A stretch of 64,000 bases of DNA, taken from assembly GCA_046291555.1 (NCBI GenBank), contig JBKBRW010000011.1:575-64574 (forward strand), in the 5' to 3' direction. Of the stretch, positions 39,766 to 49,719 are shown piece after piece. Each line of letters begins with the position of its first letter. The first letter of the stretch is position 1. Under the pieces are notes generated by a model. It made no database searches. It was not told where the DNA came from and was given only the letters and a program-made list of their open reading frames with translations. A program made the translations under genes and the position numbers. This stretch comes from Thiobacillus sp. (GTDB lineage Bacteria; Pseudomonadota; Gammaproteobacteria; Burkholderiales; Thiobacillaceae).

Positions 39766-39831
39766 CGGTCAAGTTCCCCCTGTGGTACACGTTTTCCAAG
39801 CCTCGGGATGCGCGCGTCGAAAACCTCGGCC

Positions 39832-41679
<1,848 letters not shown>

Positions 41680-41695
41680 CGTCGCTTCCTTCCGA

Positions 41696-42637
41696 TCAGC
41701 GCCAGATACCGCCGGGGTACCAGCGAGGCGACCCGCGCGGGGCTGCGCCACCGCCGAAGACGGCCGTAGCGTCCCAGCGGTCCGCCGGCGCTGGCCACTC
41801 CAGCGCGAGCAGGCGGCGGATGCGCGCCTCGGTCGCGGGGTGGGTGCGCAGCCAGGACGGCTCGGGATTGCCCCAGCCGGGCAGCAGCCAGGCGCGCCAG
41901 CCGCGCGACACCCGGTCGATCTTGGCGAGCGCCGACGCGAGGCCTCGCGGGTCGCCGGTGAGACGCGCGGCGGCAAGGTCGGCGTCGAACTCGCGCACGC
42001 GCGACAGGCCGAGCTGGGCGAGCAGCGCGAGATGCGGCGAGAAGGCGAGCAGCAAAAGCCCGAGCCAGGGCACCTCGGCCTCGCCCGCGAGCCAAGCGGG
42101 CAACAGCAGCAAGAGAATGACCTGCCCCATCAGCGCGAACAGCCCGGTGAGGCGGCTCACGTAGTCGGCGAGGCTCATCACCTTGATCTCGCGGTGCGCG
42201 TGGGGGCCAACCTGGGGCGCGCGCCCGCCGGCGAGCTCGCGCGGGCTCAGGCTTGCGAGCAGGCCATCGGTGAGCGCGACGGCGGATTGACTTCGCCCAC
42301 CCACGGCGAAGGCGTTGACGACGCCACTCGGAACATAGTGCGGTTCCGGCACCGCCGGCAGTCCCGCCCGCTCGGCCAAGACTTCCAGCGTACGCCAAAG
42401 CTGCGGCGCCTCGTCCGGCGCGATGGGGCGCGCCCGGTACAGCGCGAGGGTGAGCCGGGTGACGGCGAGCGGCTCCACCAGCAGGGTGACCAGCGTCGCG
42501 CCGAGCGCCACCCAGAGCCCGCTTTCGCCAAACAAAATGAAGCCGGCGAGTCCGGCGATGGCGAACAGCGCGCCGACCAGCAGCACGGTCTGCAGGCGGT
42601 TGGCGACCGCATGCCCGTGCGCCACCTCACGGTTCAT
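41696..42637 (-). CDS. htpX: HtpX/M48-family protease homolog with destroyed HExxH motif
   Basis: VVNAFAVG, ALTDGLL, SRVREFDAD, LASALAKI, THP; HExxH position reads PQVGP (42203-42217). Confidence 0.85.
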   Translation of the reverse strand: MNREVAHGHAVANRLQTVLLVGALFAIAGLAGFILFGESGLWVALGATLVTLLVEPLAVTRLTLALYRARPIAPDEAPQLWRTLEVLAERAGLPAVPEPHYVPSGVVNAFAVGGRSQSAVALTDGLLASLSPRELAGGRAPQVGPHAHREIKVMSLADYVSRLTGLFALMGQVILLLLLPAWLAGEAEVPWLGLLLLAFSPHLALLAQLGLSRVREFDADLAAARLTGDPRGLASALAKIDRVSRGWRAWLLPGWGNPEPSWLRTHPATEARIRRLLALEWPAPADRWDATAVFGGGAAPRGSPRWYPGGIWR

Positions 42638-42641
42638 GGTA

Positions 42642-42947
42642 TCAGCCGCCCAGCGTGCGCACGCGCGTGCGCAGCGCGTCGAGCTCGGCGAGCAGGTCGG
42701 CCATCAGCGCCGCCAGCTCGGGCACAGCGTCGAAGTCGCGCTCGAGCGCGCGCATGCGCCGCGCGTGGACCAGCGCGAGTCCGGAGAAACGCCACACGCC
42801 GGATACGCTCTCGGCGTGCGGAATCAGGCCTTCCTGCAGGTGGCGGACGAGCCAGTCCGGCTCGACCGCGCACGCGGCGGCCACCTGCTCCAGCGTCAGC
42901 CAGCTGTCTTCCATCAGGGTGCCGATCAGAATGTCGTCGTCAGCCAT
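42642..42947 (-). CDS. cbpM: CbpM chaperone modulator
   Basis: MerR-like small protein directly downstream of cbpA; ARRMRALERDF. Confidence 0.85.
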   Translation of the reverse strand: MADDDILIGTLMEDSWLTLEQVAAACAVEPDWLVRHLQEGLIPHAESVSGVWRFSGLALVHARRMRALERDFDAVPELAALMADLLAELDALRTRVRTLGG

Positions 42948-42950
42948 GAT

Positions 42951-43907
42951 TCATCTCCCTTGCCGTGGATCGAAGGCGAATTCCTTCGCCATCTGCTCGT
43001 AGAACGCGCGCGCCCGCGGCGTGTCGGCCGGCGGCAGCATGACCTCGACGGTCAGCAACAGGTCGCCGGGCGGCTCCCCCGGAATGCCTTTGCCGCGCAC
43101 CCGCAGTTGACGGCCGGACTGCGCACCCTCCGGAATGCGGACTTTCACCGGGCCGCCCGGCAGGTCGACGCTGACGATCGCGCCCAGCGCGGCCTCCCAG
43201 GGCGCCACCGGCAGCGTGAGGTAGAGGTCGCGCCCGTCCACCCGAAAGCGCGGATGCGGCTTGAACTGGACTTCCAGCAGCAGGTCGCCGGGCGGTCCGC
43301 CGCCGAAGCCTGGCGCGCCCTGCCCGGCCAGACGGATCACCTGGCCGGCCTTGATGCCCTTGGGAATCCTCACGTTGAGCGTGCGGGACGCGAGCGTCAC
43401 GCGGCCCTGCGCATCCATCTTCGGCGCACGCAGCGCGATCTGCCGCGTGGCGCCGGTGAAGGCGTCCTCGAGGTCGAGCAGCACCTTGGCGTGGTGATCC
43501 TCGCCCTGCATGCGCGCGCCGCCGCGGCCGGCATGGGCCTGGCCGAAGCCGCGCCCGCCCATGCCGGCGCGGCCGAAGATCTGCTCGAAGAAGTCGGAAA
43601 AGCCCGCCGCCTCGTCCGCGCGGTAGCCGTGGCCGGAAAACTCGAAACCGGCGTCCCAGTCGGGCGGCGGCCGGAAGTCCTGGCCGGGCTGGTAGCCGCG
43701 GCCCAACTGGTCGTAGGCGGCGCGCTTCTCCGGGTCGGAGAGCACCGCGTAGGCCTCGTTGACGTCCTTCATGCGCGCCTCGGCGTCCTTTTCCTTGGAC
43801 ACGTCCGGGTGGTACTTGCGCGCGAGTTTGCGAAACGCCTTCTTGATGTCCTCGGCAGTCGCGTCGCGCGGTACCCCCAGCACCTCGTAATAGTCCCTAA
43901 ATTGCAT
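42951..43907 (-). CDS. cbpA: CbpA, class II J-domain protein
   Basis: J domain with HPD; G/F region; DnaJ_C; no zinc finger. Confidence 0.92.
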   Translation of the reverse strand: MQFRDYYEVLGVPRDATAEDIKKAFRKLARKYHPDVSKEKDAEARMKDVNEAYAVLSDPEKRAAYDQLGRGYQPGQDFRPPPDWDAGFEFSGHGYRADEAAGFSDFFEQIFGRAGMGGRGFGQAHAGRGGARMQGEDHHAKVLLDLEDAFTGATRQIALRAPKMDAQGRVTLASRTLNVRIPKGIKAGQVIRLAGQGAPGFGGGPPGDLLLEVQFKPHPRFRVDGRDLYLTLPVAPWEAALGAIVSVDLPGGPVKVRIPEGAQSGRQLRVRGKGIPGEPPGDLLLTVEVMLPPADTPRARAFYEQMAKEFAFDPRQGR

Positions 43908-43946
43908 CGCGATCCTCTCGCTTGCTCGTTGGATTGATGTTTAACT

Positions 43947-43974
43947 TTCTGGAGTTTCCGGCCCGAATTTCAAG
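43947..43974 (-). promoter_or_regulatory. Possible sigma-32 promoter of the cbpA operon
   Basis: Minus strand CTTGAA-N14-CTCCAGAA; weak -10. Confidence 0.45.
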
Positions 43975-44208
43975 ATATTGAAATTTGCCTGCTTAGGCAT
44001 TAACTGCAGATTACAGGCATTCGCCGACGCAGCGCGAGGCACGAGGGTGCACCGCTCTTTTCATGCTAGTTCACCCTTGAGGTCGCCTCCGCCGGGTCAG
44101 GCCGCCTCGCGGGCGATCTCGAACCCCGGCCGCCACGTGCATCGGACAGCGCCGCCCGGGCATCGCCCGCCCCGCGATTCTGGTATTCGATGAAACAAGG
44201 AGCGAACC

Positions 44209-44583
44209 ATGATCAATCCAGCCCCCATCCTCTCGGTTATTCAAGGCAAGCAGCTGATCCGCAACCACTATGGCGACCTGGTCGAGATCGACGAATGGTC
44301 GCATGACATCGCGCGCAAGCTCGCGGCGGACGCAGGCATCGAACTCGGCGTAGCGCACCTGGAAGTCCTCGACTACCTGCGCGACTACGTGATCAATCAG
44401 GGCGGCAGCCAGGAAGACGCGCAAAAGATCCTGCTCGCGCTCGAGCATCGTTTCGCCGACCGCGGCGGCAACCGCTGGCTTTATTCACTGTTCCCGGGCG
44501 GGCCGGTGACCCAGGGCATGAAGCTCGCTGGCCTGCCCGAGGCACCGCACGCGATCGACCCGTCCTACGGCACGGCAAGGTAG
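44209..44583 (+). CDS. DsrC/TusE-family protein without cysteines
   Basis: WSHDIA..LA...GIEL...HLEVLDYLR; LYSLFPGGP.....LAGLP; no Cys in the sequence. Confidence 0.85.
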   Translation: MINPAPILSVIQGKQLIRNHYGDLVEIDEWSHDIARKLAADAGIELGVAHLEVLDYLRDYVINQGGSQEDAQKILLALEHRFADRGGNRWLYSLFPGGPVTQGMKLAGLPEAPHAIDPSYGTAR

Positions 44584-44707
44584 CCACGCGCGCCGGGTCC
44601 GCCGCCCGATAGGCGGCGCCCCGCGGTGCCGGCGCAAACTCGGTTAGAATCGCAACGGATCCGGCATCGGACGCCTGCGCGCCGCGCGACGAATTCCGCC
44701 CCTCGCC

Positions 44708-44735
44708 CTTGATTTCACCCGGGCTTGCCCCAAGA
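44708..44735 (+). promoter_or_regulatory. Probable sigma-32 promoter of dnaJ
   Basis: CTTGAT-N14-CCCCAAGA. Confidence 0.6.
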
Positions 44736-44797
44736 TGGGCAGTCCACGGCAGGCCGTTGTCGGCCGCGCACCCCTTCGGCGAAAGACGAAAGAATAG

Positions 44798-45913
44798 ATG
44801 TCTAAACGCGACTACTACGAGGTCCTCGGCGTCGCCAAGAACGCCTCGGACGAAGATATCAAGAAGGCCTACCGCAAGCTGGCGATGAAATTTCACCCCG
44901 ACCGCAACCCGGACGACAAGAACGCGGAGGAGAAATTCAAGGAAGCCAAGTTGGCCTATGAAATCCTGTCGGATGCCGACAAGCGTGCGGCCTACGACCA
45001 GTTCGGCCATGCCGGGGTGGATCAGCAGGCCGGCATGGGTGGCGGTTTCGGCGGCAGCGGCTTTGCCGACGCCTTTTCCGATATTTTCGGTGACATCTTC
45101 GGCGGCGGGGGCGGCAACCGGCGCGACCGCGTGTACCGCGGCGCCGACCTGCGCTACAACCTCGAAATCAGCCTCGAAGAAGCGGCGCGCGGGACCGAAA
45201 CCAAAATCCGCATTCCCACGCTGGAAGCGTGCAGCACCTGTCATGGTTCAGGGGCCAGGCCGGGTAGCCAGCCCACCACCTGCACCACCTGTGGTGGACA
45301 CGGCCAGGTAAGAATCCAGCAGGGCTTTTTCTCGGTGCAGCAGACCTGTCCGCGTTGCGGCGGCAGCGGCAAGATCGTCACCGACCCCTGCCCCGCTTGC
45401 CATGGCGAGGGCCGGATCAAAAAGCACAAGACGCTGTCGGTGAAAATTCCGGCCGGCGTGGACAGCGGTGACCGCATCCGCCTCGCCGGCGAAGGCGAAG
45501 CCGGCGTGAACGGTGGCCCGGCCGGCGATCTGTACGTGGTGATCAACCTCAAGGAACACCCCGTGTTCAAACGCGACGGCGACGATCTGCATTGCGAAAT
45601 GCCAATCTCCTTTGTCAGCGCAGCGCTGGGAGGCGAAGTCGAAATTCCCACGCTCGATGGTCACGCCAAGGTGAAAATTCCAGCCGAAACCCAGACCGGC
45701 AAAGTATTCCGCCTGCGCGGCAAAGGCATCAAGGGCGTGCGCAGCGCGGCACCCGGCGACCTGCTCTGTCACATCCTGGTGGAAACGCCGGTCAATCTGT
45801 CGGAACGCCAGCGCGACCTGCTGCGCGAATTCGAATCGCTGGCCCCGGGGCGCAACAACAATCCACGCGCCCAGTCGTTCATGGACAAGGTCAAGGCTTT
45901 CTTCAGCCAGTAA
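44798..45913 (+). CDS. dnaJ: Chaperone DnaJ
   Basis: HPD; four CxxCxGxG repeats. Confidence 0.98.
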   Translation: MSKRDYYEVLGVAKNASDEDIKKAYRKLAMKFHPDRNPDDKNAEEKFKEAKLAYEILSDADKRAAYDQFGHAGVDQQAGMGGGFGGSGFADAFSDIFGDIFGGGGGNRRDRVYRGADLRYNLEISLEEAARGTETKIRIPTLEACSTCHGSGARPGSQPTTCTTCGGHGQVRIQQGFFSVQQTCPRCGGSGKIVTDPCPACHGEGRIKKHKTLSVKIPAGVDSGDRIRLAGEGEAGVNGGPAGDLYVVINLKEHPVFKRDGDDLHCEMPISFVSAALGGEVEIPTLDGHAKVKIPAETQTGKVFRLRGKGIKGVRSAAPGDLLCHILVETPVNLSERQRDLLREFESLAPGRNNNPRAQSFMDKVKAFFSQ

Positions 45914-46055
45914 TCCCGCCGCACGGCTGATTCAAGACGTTCCCATCCTGTCCGTTACACATCTGGACGGTTGATCCGCACTGCCCTGCAGCAGCCGGAG
46001 AAAACGCCCTCATAACAGCGGGGCGGGCGGGCTGCCGGTTCGCGCCGCCACATGG

Positions 46056-47699
46056 ATGGATTGGAAACGCATGGGTCGTCTGAAGCTGGACACGCTGTCC
46101 GGGCGGATTTTCGTATTCTTTTTTGTGCTGATACTCATCGCCCAGCTGGGCAGTATCGGCATCAGCAGCACGCTGAGCGACTCGATCGCCCGCCAGACCC
46201 TGCGCAACGAACTCGTCACCGCCGAGCGGGTGGTGCGACTCCAGCTTGCCCAGAACACCGACTACCTCGACCTCGGCGCGCGCGTGCTGGCGGCGGACTA
46301 CGGCTTTCGCGAAGCAATGACGAGCCGCGACATCCCCACTATCGTCTCGGCGCTCGACAACCACAGTGCCCGTATCCATGCCGACTGGATGCTGCTGACC
46401 GACGCCCACGCCATGCCCCTGGCCGCCAGCACCGGAGCAGCGGCCCTGCTGCAGCATGAACCGCTGGTGAGCTGGCTGCGCGCCCTGCACCGGCACGGCG
46501 AATCCGCCACCCTGGCCACGGTGAACGGCATGCTATACCAGATCATTGCCGTGAGGATTACCGCGCCCATCCCCGTCGGAACCATCGTCGTGGGTTTCCA
46601 CCTGGATGACGAGGTCGCGCAGAAGCTGGGTGCCATCGCCGGCGTGCGGCTCAGCTTCGCGCGACTCAACGCCGAACAACGCTGGGAAGTGGTGACGAGC
46701 AATCTGGATGCGGCGTCCCGCCGCCTGCTGATCGATGCCTTGAACCAGCCGGATGCCGGTTGGGATACGGCGCTGGACCGGCCGCCGCACCGCATGCTCG
46801 GCGTGCACGGGCCGCTCGCAGCCGTACCCGGCCATCGGGTCGAGCTGGTGGTGCAGAAATCACTCGATGAGGCGCTGGCTCCTTTTCAAAAGCTGCGCAA
46901 CTGGCTGCTCTGGCTCACGCTGGGCGGGCTGGCGCTGGCCGGCCTGTTCAGCTTCCGCATCGCCCGGGGCGTTACCCGGCCGCTGGTGGCCCTGGCCACA
47001 TCGGCTGACCGGATCGCGCGCGGCGACTATTCGCGCGGCCGCAGAATCACGGCTCCACGCGAAATCGCCGCACTGTCGCACGCACTCGACACCATGCGCG
47101 AGCGCATCGCGCAGCGCGAAGCCCGTATCCTGGAACTGGCCACGCGAGAAGCCCATATGCTCGACCTGGCTTACCACGACAGCCTCACCGGTCTGCCTAA
47201 CCGGGCGTTGTTCAACGAGCGGCTGGAGCAATCGCTGGCCGTCACTCTCCGCGCAGGCGCCCCGACCACCATCATGCTGCTCGATCTGGATCGGTTCAAA
47301 CAGGTGAACGACACCCACGGTCATCTGCTGGGTGACCAGCTGCTGGTGGCCGTGGCCCAGCGGCTACGGGCCCATCTCCAGCGCGGCTCCGATGTGGTCG
47401 CCCGTTTAGGCGGCGATGAATTCGCATTCCTGCTTCCCACCGCCACGCCAGCATCGGCCGCGCAGATTGCGCGCGCCCTGCTCGACGACCTCGCCCGCCC
47501 CTTCCTGATCAGCGACCACGAATTCGAGATCGGCGGCAGCTTGGGCATCGCCAGCGCCCCGGACAACGGCCGCGACGCCCAGACCCTGATGCACGAGGCC
47601 GATGTGGCCATGTATTACGCCAAACGGATGCGTATCGGGCTGGCGTTCGCGCAGTCGGCACAGACGCCGAAGACCGTGCCGCCGGCTGTGCAGAAATGA
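46056..47699 (+). CDS. Membrane diguanylate cyclase (TM-periplasmic Cache-like-TM-HAMP-GGDEF)
   Basis: DSLTGLPNR; DLDRFKQVND.HGH..GD; RGSD I-site; RLGGDEF. Confidence 0.92.
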   Translation: MDWKRMGRLKLDTLSGRIFVFFFVLILIAQLGSIGISSTLSDSIARQTLRNELVTAERVVRLQLAQNTDYLDLGARVLAADYGFREAMTSRDIPTIVSALDNHSARIHADWMLLTDAHAMPLAASTGAAALLQHEPLVSWLRALHRHGESATLATVNGMLYQIIAVRITAPIPVGTIVVGFHLDDEVAQKLGAIAGVRLSFARLNAEQRWEVVTSNLDAASRRLLIDALNQPDAGWDTALDRPPHRMLGVHGPLAAVPGHRVELVVQKSLDEALAPFQKLRNWLLWLTLGGLALAGLFSFRIARGVTRPLVALATSADRIARGDYSRGRRITAPREIAALSHALDTMRERIAQREARILELATREAHMLDLAYHDSLTGLPNRALFNERLEQSLAVTLRAGAPTTIMLLDLDRFKQVNDTHGHLLGDQLLVAVAQRLRAHLQRGSDVVARLGGDEFAFLLPTATPASAAQIARALLDDLARPFLISDHEFEIGGSLGIASAPDNGRDAQTLMHEADVAMYYAKRMRIGLAFAQSAQTPKTVPPAVQK

Positions 47700-47719
47700 A
47701 CACCGCAGGCCCAGCCCGA

Positions 47720-48571
47720 TCAATAGGCCAATTGCACCGATAGATAGCTTGCGCGCTGCCCGGCCTTGTCGGCAACCGTGCCCAGCCATGCATGGGCAAT
47801 CGTGAACGAGATCTGCTTGTTCGGCCACCAGGCCAGGAACACGTCGCGGTAATCGTCTTCGGGGAACACGCTGAGGTTGTTTGGTTTTTGCCTGTATTCG
47901 GCGCCCAGCGCCAGGTTGTCCTGCAACATCCAGGCCGCGCTGCCTTCAAACTGGGCCTTGATGCGGTCGCCCAGATCACCGCCAAAACCGAGCAGGCCCA
48001 TCTGGTTGGCGCGGGTGCCGCGCACAGTCAGATTCAGTAGCAGGCTGCGCCCCAGTGGGCCGTCGATATAGAACTTGGTGGCGCTGGCATAAAGATCGGT
48101 ATCGCTGTCTCGCCGCGCGCCGAGCGTGGCCGGCACCGCAGCGAAATCGCGGTTGCGCTTGTGCTGCGCGCCGATCGCAATCTGCGGCAGCCAGCGATCC
48201 TGGTCATAGATCGCATCGCCCGCCAGCCGCACCTTGATGCCGAAAACGTCCTGCTCGATCGCGGCCCCCGGCACGGTTGTGCCCAACCCCAGACGTTGCC
48301 GTGCGAACGAGAGTTCCAGCCGGTCGTAGATGCCCACGCCCACGCCCGCAGCGGTGAGCCGGAAATCGCTGATGTCGAGATGCGTGACGAACGCCGTCGT
48401 ACCGATTTCGCGATTGGTCCCCGTTCCGGCAATGAGTGCCCAGGGCGACAGGCCGCCGCCTGCCGCGCCTTCGATCTGGGTCACGCCCCCGGTCGCCACC
48501 AGACGCCCGCCGCCCTGCACCGGCGCGCTCAGCGCCAGCAGCGCGCACGCCAGGATTCCGCCTGTTTTCAT
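47720..48571 (-). CDS. DUF3034-family outer-membrane beta-barrel protein
   Basis: Signal peptide; RLVATGGVTQIEGAAGGGLSPWALIAG; YRQKPNNL; C-terminal aromatic residue. Confidence 0.8.
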   Translation of the reverse strand: MKTGGILACALLALSAPVQGGGRLVATGGVTQIEGAAGGGLSPWALIAGTGTNREIGTTAFVTHLDISDFRLTAAGVGVGIYDRLELSFARQRLGLGTTVPGAAIEQDVFGIKVRLAGDAIYDQDRWLPQIAIGAQHKRNRDFAAVPATLGARRDSDTDLYASATKFYIDGPLGRSLLLNLTVRGTRANQMGLLGFGGDLGDRIKAQFEGSAAWMLQDNLALGAEYRQKPNNLSVFPEDDYRDVFLAWWPNKQISFTIAHAWLGTVADKAGQRASYLSVQLAY

Positions 48572-48713
48572 GAATGCCCCGGATGTTCTGCCTGCCTGTC
48601 CTCTTATGACGACGTTTTCCGTCCGGACTTTAGCGGCGGGCGCGGGCAAGCGTCAAGTTCTGCGGACTTGTTCCGTTACTACCTGCGCGGAGTACCGATA
48701 CAGGACAAAAAAC

Positions 48714-49130
48714 ATGCATAACCTGCTGACTGGCTTGTTGGGCTTTGCGCTGGCCGCCGGCATGGCGCACGCGGATGATTCGCTTTACGCGCGTCTCGGC
48801 GGCGAGGCCGGCGTGGCGCAGATCACCTCGGAATACATCGACGCCGTGGCGTCCGATCCTGCCGTCAATCAGTCCTTCGAGAAAGTCAACCTCAAACGCG
48901 TGAAAAAAATGCTCGTCGAATTGACCTGCGCGCTTACCGGCGGCGGCTGCGTCTACAGCGGCGACGACATGAAAATCGTGCACAAGAACCTGAAGATCAC
49001 CGAACGTGAATTCAATGCCCTGGTGGAAGCCCTGCGTATTTCGCTGGATCGCCACGGCATCGCGCAACGCGACAAGAATGCGCTGCTGGCCATCCTGGCG
49101 CCGATGAAGCGGGATATTGTCGAAAAATGA
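48714..49130 (+). CDS. Exported group 1 truncated (2/2) haemoglobin
   Basis: Signal peptide ending AHA; SLYARLGGEAGV; TGGGCVYSG; MKIVH (proximal His); EFNALV. Confidence 0.9.
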   Translation: MHNLLTGLLGFALAAGMAHADDSLYARLGGEAGVAQITSEYIDAVASDPAVNQSFEKVNLKRVKKMLVELTCALTGGGCVYSGDDMKIVHKNLKITEREFNALVEALRISLDRHGIAQRDKNALLAILAPMKRDIVEK

Positions 49131-49717
49131 AATCCGCCCTGCTCCTCGCCCTGTTCCTGCCGACTATGGTCCAGGCCGCCACGCTCACCCTCAACCTGCG
49201 CGACGAGCGCGGCAACCCGGCCGAGGACACGGTTGTTTACCTGATGTCGGAGAAAACTCCCGGGATGCCCCTGAGGCAGCCACAAACCCAGATCGACCAG
49301 ATCAACAAGACCTTCGTGCCACTGGTATCCGTGGTGCAACGGGGCACCCGCATCCAGTTTCCCAACAAGGACAACATCCGGCATCACGTGTACTCCTTCT
49401 CGAAAGCCAAAAAATTCGAGATCAAGCTGTATGCCGACACCCCGGCCAAGCCCATTCTGTTCGACCAGCCGGGCTATGTGGCCATGGGCTGCAATATTCA
49501 CGACACCATGATTGCCCACCTGCTGGTGGTCGAAACGCCGTATTTCGCAGTCGCCGACAGGAGCGGGCGAGCCGTGATCGGCGACGTGCCGCCCGGCAAT
49601 TATTCGCTGATCGCCTGGCACTACATGCGCCCGGACGAGGATGCGCTGGTGATGCCGATCAAACTCGGCGCAGACACCACCCTCAGCGCAAGCGTGCGCA
49701 CCAGGAACGGGGACTAG
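49127..49717 (+). CDS. Exported cupredoxin (type 1 copper; 'methylamine utilization protein'-like)
   Basis: Signal peptide; IDQINKTFVP; FPNKDNIRHHVYSFS; GCNIHDTM (His, Cys, His, Met ligands). Confidence 0.88.
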   Translation: MKSALLLALFLPTMVQAATLTLNLRDERGNPAEDTVVYLMSEKTPGMPLRQPQTQIDQINKTFVPLVSVVQRGTRIQFPNKDNIRHHVYSFSKAKKFEIKLYADTPAKPILFDQPGYVAMGCNIHDTMIAHLLVVETPYFAVADRSGRAVIGDVPPGNYSLIAWHYMRPDEDALVMPIKLGADTTLSASVRTRNGD

Positions 49718-49719
49718 AC

